From assembly GCA_965216785.1 (NCBI GenBank), contig OZ244197.1:1664001-1728000 (forward strand): DNA of 64,000 nt. The letters run 5' to 3'. Below, piece after piece: positions 56,808 through 64,000 of this stretch (its first letter is position 1; the number at the start of each line of letters is the position of its first letter). The position numbers and the translations under genes are program-made. The notes beneath the pieces are model-generated. The model saw only the letters and a list, made by a program, of their open reading frames with translations. It was not told where the DNA came from and searched no databases. The stretch comes from Thermodesulfobacteriota bacterium. GTDB taxonomy: Bacteria > Desulfobacterota_D > UBA1144 > Nemesobacterales > UBA2774.

Positions 56808-59800
56808 CTAATTCTCTAACTTGCCGTCCCATTTAATAATCTTGAAGTCGATAACGAAAAACGCATAGAACACGGGTACGAGTATAAGCTCGATGATTGT
56901 GGCTAGCGCCAGGCCCCCGATCTGCGCGTAGCACAGCGGTTGCCACAGCGGTCCGCCGTCTATTGCGAGCGGGAAGAGCGCAAGGATAGTGGCGCCCACT
57001 GTTATTAGTATGGGTCTAAGACGCTCAATCCCCGCGTCCAGCAGAGAGTCTTTGAAAGGCTCTCCTTTGTTGTGCATTTCTTCTATGTAATCGAATAGCA
57101 CGATTACATGGCTCACAATTACTCCTATCAGCGCAATCATACCGAGAAATGCCATAAACCCGAACGGTTCGCCCATAATGGCGATGGCGATCAGTGAGCC
57201 TACGATCCCGTAAGGCACAGCAGCGAATACCAGTAGGGGCTTAACTGCGTTTCCGAACTGAAGCACCAGTGCCAGAAATATTCCAATCACGGAAATCATA
57301 AGCACCATGGTCAGGTTCCTGAAACCTTTTTGCTGTTTTGCCCTCTCTCCCGCCCAGATGAGCTCGTATCCAGGAGGTAGATCGTCGATGAATGCGTTAA
57401 TTTTCTTCTCCGCTTTCTTAAGCACTGTTGAAGGCAGCTCTCCCGCAGCCGGGAAGGCTATTACCGTTAGAGCGCGGAAGTGGTTTCGCCTTATGACTCT
57501 TGAGGTTTCCATTGAGTGCTCGATGTCGGCAACTTCGATTAGCGGAATCTTGGTATCGTTAGTAATTCCGTAGACGTACATGCTCTTTAGATCAGAGAGC
57601 TCGGAGCGCTCGTCCACGCGGAGCCTGGCCATAACGGGGATGTTCTTGTCTCCTTCTTTATAGGTTGTGAACTCGTAGCCGCTTAGCGCGGTGAGTGAAG
57701 AAATCGCAACGTCTCTGTTAGAGACTCCGGCAAGCTCGGCTCTGTCGGGGTCTACGGCGAGCTTCACAGTAAAACTGTCCTCAAACCAGTCGTCTCTTAC
57801 GGCCTGTGTTTCGGGAATCTCCCGAAGAATCGCCTGCAGCTCCTTAGACAGTGCTCTAAGTGTTGCTATGTCCTGAGCTTCGGTCTCAAGGTCCGAATTT
57901 ATGTCGCTTCTTCCCATAAGGTGTATTTCGATCGGGTAATCGACGGTGTTTAGCTGAATCTGCTGTACCTCAATGTGGGCTCCGGGGATATTTTTAGACA
58001 GCGCTTCCTGAAATAGCGGTATAAGCGGAGGTGTATCGTTCTTGTCTTTGAGTTTTATGATTAACTGGGCGTAATTTTTCTGCTGCTGCTGTGGTGTGAC
58101 GGTATTCCAGAACCTGGGTGAGCCCCCGCCTACGAAAGAAGCCAGGGAATCAAGCACCTGTTTATTCTTCTTTTTATCTTTTGAGTATTTTTGGGCTACG
58201 TCTTTAATTACCAGATCGGCTTTGATTACAGTTTCATTGGTTGAAGAAAGCGTCGCGTCGTTAGGCATCCAGATGTCCACGTAGGAAAGGTACTGGACGT
58301 CTGCCGGAAGAACGAGCTTTTTAAAGTGGATGCGACTATGGCCCCGACTATGAAAAAAATCATGGATATAGCAAACGCCGCTTTTCGGTGCTCGATTGCC
58401 TTTTTAGCTATACGGTAATAGAGGCCTGTAAGACCCCGCTTCCTCTTCTCTTCAATCGTAAGCTCCTTCTTCTTTGGTCTGAGAAGGTAATAACCAAGAA
58501 GCGGCACGAACGTCATAGACACTATTCGCGAGGATATTAGCGCGCACGCCATCACGACGGGGAGGCTGTAGATAAACTCCCCCGTAGTGCCCGAGATCAA
58601 TAGGAACGGAGTGTAGGCGACAACGTTTGTCGCTGTCGCAAAAAGTATAGCGCGGGCAAGCTTTGTGGGGCCGAGCCATGCTGAAATTATGGGCGGGTGA
58701 CCGATGGCGAGGTTGCTCTTAATCGCATCGTCCGCAACCACAGGGTCGTCCACCAGTAGTCCGAGCGCGATAATAAGCGCGGCAATCGAAACCTGTTGAA
58801 GGTCGATACCGAGTAAATAGGCAAAACCAAAGGTCATCGCCAATGTTAGAGGTATCGAAATCGACATAAGGAGCGCTGAGCGCCATTCCCGAAAACCGAT
58901 CCAGGCAACGATGATTACGAGTATTACGGCTTCTATGAGGGCTTTCATAAATAGAGCCAGGTTTTCCTTTACCTGAAGCGGCTGATCTGAAGTCTTTGAG
59001 ATAATAAGGTCGTGGGGTAAAAGTGGTTGTAGCTCTGCCAGAGCGCCGTCAAGAGCAGTGCCGAATTCCTGGATCTGTTGTTTTTCCCGCATCTGCACAG
59101 CTAGGGTGACAGCGCGGCTCCTGTGCCAATTGCCCGAGTCGTCCTGCCACATATAGTAATTGAGTAGCGTGGGCGGGCTCTGATACCCTCTGACTATCTC
59201 TCCCAGATCGCGCAGATACACGGGTACGCCAGAGGTCGTATCTGTTATAGCTACATTCCCTATTTCCTCAACAGAGCCGAAAGCGCCCGAGGGGTAAACG
59301 AGCACCTCTGTACCGCCGACTTCGACCTCGCCGCCGGGGATGATGACGTTACGGCTGTCCAGCGCATTTTTAATCTTGTAGGGTGTAATACCGTATGAAG
59401 CGAAAACGTCCTGTGAGTAATCCAGATAAATCCTCTGATCCAGCACCCCGGAGCGCTCTATTATCGAGACCTGGTCTATTGTCTGAAATGTCTCGGTCAT
59501 AAGCTCGGTAATGTTCTCAAGCTCTCTATAGCTGTATTTGTCACCATCGACTGATTTTAGCTTTTCCTCTGTTTCGCCCGGGTCGCCGATCAGCACCGGG
59601 TCCCATGCGTCTATATGGAAGCTAGAAAAACCGAGCATCTCACGTGAAAAATCGGCCGTGTAGGAGAGAAACTCTTCGTCATCCACAAAAGGGACCGCAT
59701 CGAGTCCTATGAAGCTTGGGCCTCTTAAAACAGTTATATCGCCCGCAATCTCGTTCTGGAGGAGAGAGTCCGAAAGGGTTCCGAATACGTTTGTGAGCGC

Positions 59801-60442
59801 CGCGGAATCCACTGAGCCCGGGAGCGCTATGATTAATGAACGGCGCTCGGCTCCCTCAAAAGACGGGTTAGCTGCACGGGCTTGTTCTATCGCCAGCCTG
59901 ATATTCTTTGCCCGTAGCTCGAGCTCGATCTCGCTCTCCTTGGGACTTGCAACGGTAAGCAGCATGGCGGCGGTATTACCAAAGCCGCTGTTAAATTTTA
60001 TCGGGCCCGCCCCTTCGGGGAGCTGGTTGTTCAGGTAATCGAGTCTGAGGTTTATATCGTTGAACTCTTTAGTCGTGTCTTTAAGCCCCTCTTGCAGCTG
60101 GATCTGTATGATGGCCACCCCTGGCAGCGTAGTGGACTTAATCGCAAACTCGTCTCCGGGGTCGGGTTCATGGAGCTTGGAGTTCTGCGCGATCGTCTCC
60201 TCCATGAGCTTTGTGACCTGCTCTTCGACCTGCTCTGCAGTGGCCCCGGGCCAGGGGCATACCGCCACAGCTACCAGCACTGGGATATAAGGGTCCTTAC
60301 TCTTAGGCATACTGATGAAGCTGTACGCTCCCCATATGAGTACGGCTACGAGAAAGACCCATGAAATATGACGGTTCTCGGTGAAAAACCGTGCGGTATT
60401 GTGCGTGTTGGCGATTATTTCGTTATCGTCTCGATGAGCCAT
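56808..60442 (-). pseudogene. RND (AcrB/AcrD/AcrF family) efflux permease split by a 1-bp frameshift at about 58306
   Basis: ORFs 58226-60442 (GLLVDD, PGATAEQVE) and 56808-58280 (RLRPILIT) are the two parts of one permease. Adding one C (TTC CGG to TTC CCG G) restores SSFFPADVQYLSYVDIWMP and a ~1211-aa protein. May be a sequencing error. Confidence 0.85.
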
Positions 60443-60466
60443 GCTGCTTCCGGGTTTTCAGAATTA

Positions 60467-60913
60467 CTATTTTAAAATTACGTACTTGAGTATTTCAACT
60501 ACCTGCTCGGGGGTTCTTGCAGTGGCGCGCGAGGCGGCGTCGACTTCTTTGAGAGCATGGTCGTGCTCTTCGTCGTGTAGCGTTATGTACGGTATGTCCA
60601 TAGCGCATGCGTAACCCGCGTCAAACGCGGCGTTCCACTGTTTATACTTTGGGCCGAACCTCACGACAACCAGGTCCGAATTCTTAATCAGCGTGCTGGT
60701 CCTGAGTGAATTAATACCAGCCCCTTTTCTGTCCCTCCAGAAGTTTGAATCCTCAGCTCCCAGTATCTGCTCGCCGCACAAATCGCTTGCCTCGTGGTCT
60801 GTTACAGGGGATGAAAACTCAACGGGTAACTCTCCGGAGCCTTCCATTATTTTCTCGCGCCAGTCCGTATGAATCTCACCCGAAAGGTATATCTGCCAAA
60901 TTCTATCTTCCAT
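60467..60913 (-). CDS. ytoQ: YtoQ family protein (nucleoside 2-deoxyribosyltransferase-like fold)
   Basis: IYLSGEIHTDWRE.I, PVTDHEASD.CG..ILG.E...FW.D.K.A.IN..RT, VVVRFG.KYKQWNAAFDAGY, H.LKEVDAA. Confidence 0.88.
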   Translation of the reverse strand: MEDRIWQIYLSGEIHTDWREKIMEGSGELPVEFSSPVTDHEASDLCGEQILGAEDSNFWRDRKGAGINSLRTSTLIKNSDLVVVRFGPKYKQWNAAFDAGYACAMDIPYITLHDEEHDHALKEVDAASRATARTPEQVVEILKYVILK

Positions 60914-60957
60914 GTGTGTCTCCTTCTACGATTTCCTCTACTGTGTTTTCGTAGTCG

Positions 60958-62082
60958 CTATTTAATGATGTTCACGACCTCTTTGTCGCGTATGATCTGA
61001 GCCCCTGTGGTAACTATACGCTCCCCTTCCTCTAGTCCCGAGGTTACGGCTATTCGGTTACCGAACACGCTCCCGAGCTCTACGTCTTTTCTCCGAGCCA
61101 CTGTCTTGCCGCCGCGCTCTTCAACACTGAATACAGCGTAGCCGTCCCTGCGGTTTACCGATCTTACTACCGCACCGAGGGGGATCAGTAGGGCGGCTTT
61201 TGAGGAATCTCCCTCGTATACGTTCAGCGATGCTATCATTCCGGGCTTTAGCAGATTCTCGGGGTTTTGTATGGTGATTCCAACGTTGAAAACGCGGGTC
61301 CTGGTGTTGGCCGCGGGCGCAATCTCTGTTATACGGCCCGTGAACACCGTATCCTGCAGCGACCTTGTGGTAACCTCCATTTCCTCCCCAAGGCTCACGT
61401 CCTCTAAAACAACATCGGGGACCGAAAAAAGTACCTTCACCGAGGTAACGTCAGCTAGTGTGAACCCCTTTGAGCCCGGGCGTACGAGCGCCCCCGTCTC
61501 TACGTATCGTTTTAGAAGCACCCCGTTTGAGGGGGCTCTGAGGGTGCAGTACGCGAGGTTCTGCTCGGCTTCAACGAGCTGGGCCCCGGCGCTTTCCACC
61601 TGTGCCGCAGAGACCTTAAAGTTCTTTACCGCCCGGTCATATTCAGGGGCGGTCATGCTTTGCTGGGAATAGAGTATTTCGGCTCTCTCGAAATCTTCCG
61701 CGTCGTTTAAGTGCGTTGCGCGCGCACCCTCTAGCTGCGCCTTGGCTTCCACTACCTTGGCAAGGTATTCAGTCTGATCAATCTGGGCCAGAGGCAGGTC
61801 TTTTATGACATTGTCACCTTCCTGAATGTCCCGGGGTCTTCCGTCCGCGCCCTCTACCTGAAGAATTTCTGTCACATACCCGTCCACCTTAAAATCCAGA
61901 TCAACCTGGCTGTAGGGCTGAACGCTTGCCGTGTAGCGAAGCGGAGCAGACTCGTCCTGGACGCTTACCTGCTCGACCCTTACGGGTGTTACGGTCTTGC
62001 TATGGTCCTCCCCGCCGCAAGCGCAGATACACACGGTGATAACGATAAATAGAGTTAATTGGGCGGTTATCTTTCTCATCAT
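60958..62082 (-). CDS. RND efflux periplasmic adaptor (membrane fusion protein)
   Basis: Lipobox-like ICAC; lipoyl halves FKVDGYV..I / LRAP..G; TRVF.V...I.NP..LLKPGM; GLEEGERIV..GA. Confidence 0.92.
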   Translation of the reverse strand: MMRKITAQLTLFIVITVCICACGGEDHSKTVTPVRVEQVSVQDESAPLRYTASVQPYSQVDLDFKVDGYVTEILQVEGADGRPRDIQEGDNVIKDLPLAQIDQTEYLAKVVEAKAQLEGARATHLNDAEDFERAEILYSQQSMTAPEYDRAVKNFKVSAAQVESAGAQLVEAEQNLAYCTLRAPSNGVLLKRYVETGALVRPGSKGFTLADVTSVKVLFSVPDVVLEDVSLGEEMEVTTRSLQDTVFTGRITEIAPAANTRTRVFNVGITIQNPENLLKPGMIASLNVYEGDSSKAALLIPLGAVVRSVNRRDGYAVFSVEERGGKTVARRKDVELGSVFGNRIAVTSGLEEGERIVTTGAQIIRDKEVVNIIK

Positions 62083-63527
62083 AGCTCTCCGAGGGCTTTT
62101 TCAAGCTCCGCTCTTGCGGTCCAGTACTCAAGCACAGCTTTTTCATAGTTGTCGTTTTTATCTTCAAGCGAGGATTCGGCCTCGAGAAGCTCTGTCAAGA
62201 GCGCCTCCTGAACCTTATATTTATTCATGGTCACTCTGAGTTTCTCTCTCGCCGCAATCTGCTCAAGCTCCGTTACACCTATCAGAACCGTCGATTCTTC
62301 CAGCTTGCGTATCTTGGAGTTAACGTCAATGCGTACCTGAGCCTCCGCCTCGTTAAGATCATTTTCAGCTTGCAGAACCTCTTTTTTCTTCTTGGACACT
62401 TCTTTGCCTTTCTTCCCCCATTGAAATACGTCGTATTTGGCAAATAGTCCCACAGTGGCGATATTCTCCGGCAGAAGCTCGATATTGAAATTGGCTATAT
62501 AGTTGAATTCGACCCCTATCTCGGGGATGTACTTTGCTTTTTTGAGCCGCACTTCGTTCTCGGCGAATTCGATGTAGAGTTTGGCCGATTTTATCTCGGG
62601 TCTTTGCGCAAGCGCAATCTCTTCTGCCGCCTCTGTGTCAATCACATAAGGCTCCGCGTCCGGCACTTCAAGTACAGTAAACGGTGTTTCGATATCCCTT
62701 CCCAGGAGCTTATTCATGCGCTCTTTTTCGGTGGCGAGCTTATTTTGAATGACGAAACGCTCGTATTCGACCTGCGCGAGCCTGGCCTTTACCTCCATGC
62801 TGTCCTGCTCGAGCGCCCTCTGAACGGCCACGTTTTTGTCTACAAGGGAGCTTAAGGATTTAAGGAAAACTATCTTCTCGTCTTTAGAGCGGAGACTGCT
62901 CTGGCTCTTGAGTATATTGTAGTACTCCTTTTTAACCCGGTCCGCAACTTCCTGGCGGTTCGCTCTGAGCTCTTGGTCAAAGAGCTTCTGCTCGACCTCT
63001 CTTTGCTTCACAAAAAGAGATATCTCATAGAGCTGAGAGAGCGGCTGGCCGACCGAAGCAGTCAGGTAAGTCGTGAAATTGGGCGCTGTTCGTATTTTAG
63101 TGTTCTCAGGGGGTATGGGGCCGATGCCGGGGAAATTGCCGAAGGCGCCTTCTTTAAACGTAAAAGCTTCCTCAGTAAGGTGGTAAAGCTCAAACACGCT
63201 GAAATCAAATTCCGGAAGCAGCTTGGTCTTCGCGGCGTATATATCATCTCCGGCTTTACTTACGTCAAGAGATGCGTTTTCAATGTTGCGGTTTTGGGTA
63301 AGCGCAATAGACACGGCGTCCTGCACTGTGAGGACTTGTTCTGACCCAATCTCAATAACGACTTCCTCGGAAACAGCTGTGGAGCCCGGGCCGAAGGCAT
63401 ATATTAAAACCGAGAGAAGAGCGTATATGAGTACTGTGAGGGCGAGTACCTTGAGCTCGGCTATGAATATTATGTTAATAAAAGAGGTCTTGGATGATCC
63501 GTAGAATGCAGACCGCAACTTAATCAC
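62079..63527 (-). CDS. TolC family outer-membrane efflux protein
   Basis: LT..DAV..AL..N..I, AL..RPEI..A, K..Y.P, Y..A...Y..ARAELEKALG; overlaps the MFP start. Confidence 0.9.
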   Translation of the reverse strand: MIKLRSAFYGSSKTSFINIIFIAELKVLALTVLIYALLSVLIYAFGPGSTAVSEEVVIEIGSEQVLTVQDAVSIALTQNRNIENASLDVSKAGDDIYAAKTKLLPEFDFSVFELYHLTEEAFTFKEGAFGNFPGIGPIPPENTKIRTAPNFTTYLTASVGQPLSQLYEISLFVKQREVEQKLFDQELRANRQEVADRVKKEYYNILKSQSSLRSKDEKIVFLKSLSSLVDKNVAVQRALEQDSMEVKARLAQVEYERFVIQNKLATEKERMNKLLGRDIETPFTVLEVPDAEPYVIDTEAAEEIALAQRPEIKSAKLYIEFAENEVRLKKAKYIPEIGVEFNYIANFNIELLPENIATVGLFAKYDVFQWGKKGKEVSKKKKEVLQAENDLNEAEAQVRIDVNSKIRKLEESTVLIGVTELEQIAAREKLRVTMNKYKVQEALLTELLEAESSLEDKNDNYEKAVLEYWTARAELEKALGEL

Positions 63528-63721
63528 ATCACTCCTCCTTTGATAACGCCTCGGAAACTATATTAGCCGTAATAACAATAATAATAAAGATAGGAGTAGT
63601 TTAAATGATAATAGAGCTCAAATTAAATACAGATTTTCCGGATAGAAATAATGGAATATGCGCCGGCCCCTATACTCTATATATGTAAATGTCTTACAAA
63701 TTCTATGTGAAGATAGAGTTT

Positions 63722-63737
63722 TTGTGCAGTTGCACAA
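63722..63737. promoter_or_regulatory. Palindromic operator-like site TTGTGC-AGTT-GCACAA
   Basis: Perfect 6-bp arms in the divergent intergenic region; same motif as 27105-27120 and 27172-27187. Confidence 0.6.
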
Positions 63738-63928
63738 TGATGTCTGAAGGGGAAATGTTAAGCGTTTTCAGGCTGTTAGCTCTCTTAAGTCCTTCTGAAA
63801 CATAGCCATCTGTTGATTTAACTCTCGCTTGTATTATAATGATAACTCCGTTTTCGGGTCATAAGTATCAAAAGCCAAGGTATTTAATAGAGCCTGGGCC
63901 TTTAATAACAAGTAAGGAGAGGTAGAAA

Positions 63929-64000
63929 ATGAGTACCGTTCATAATCTAAACAATGATTCATTGGAAGTAATATCGGCATCTAGAGGGCTGCAGATAAGG
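63929..64000 (+). CDS. 5' end of a gene running off the window (MSTVHNLNNDSLEVISASRGLQIR...)
   Basis: Strong RBS AAGGAGAGG before ATG 63929; frame open to the window end; too short to assign a product. Confidence 0.6.
   Translation, partial: MSTVHNLNNDSLEVISASRGLQIR

Noticed and set aside
58226-58320. Programmed ribosomal frameshift in the RND gene
   Set aside because: No slippery heptamer or stimulatory structure at the junction; a 1-bp deletion explains it fully.
63660-64000. Last ORF as class II ribonucleotide reductase with NrdR boxes
   Set aside because: Only 24 codons are visible and the NrdR-box-like match near 63674 is weak.
1-64000. Numerous short overlapping or antisense ORFs in the six-frame track; tRNA, rRNA, CRISPR, prophage
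   Set aside because: The short ORFs are shadows of well-supported genes; no cloverleaf, rRNA, repeat-spacer array, integrase or phage genes were recognised.

Overview
Bacterial chromosomal segment of about 60 genes, mostly housekeeping, envelope and redox functions. I saw no rRNA, tRNA, CRISPR array, integrase or transposase. An IPTL-CTERM beta-propeller and small Cys-rich exported proteins suggest a Gram-negative, Deltaproteobacteria-like lineage such as Ca. Dadabacteria (inference only). Recognisable genes: hisS, fumC, SRAP/YedK, AsmA, lhgO, a stand-alone nuoF, tatA, NDH-2, a CPA1 antiporter, sseA-sufE-sufU, three-subunit pntAA/pntAB/pntB, and a TolC-MFP-YtoQ-RND operon whose permease has a 1-bp frameshift. 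The most notable items are: (1) a sigma70 promoter, a c-di-GMP-I (GEMM) riboswitch and an intrinsic terminator directly upstream of a 2822-aa protein of 47-aa TPR-like repeats with a degenerate NDT/TIR-like N-terminal domain; (2) a ~60-bp inverted repeat pair bracketing a GT4 glycosyltransferase, with a third copy elsewhere; (3) an ECF/anti-sigma/PspA/VWA module with a shared candidate ECF promoter; (4) a PhaR-like palindrome upstream of a phasin-like gene and again near the window end; (5) an M3-like peptidase lacking HEXXH; (6) a phased 10-bp repeat array upstream of sufE. Family assignments come from motif recognition only; no searches were run.
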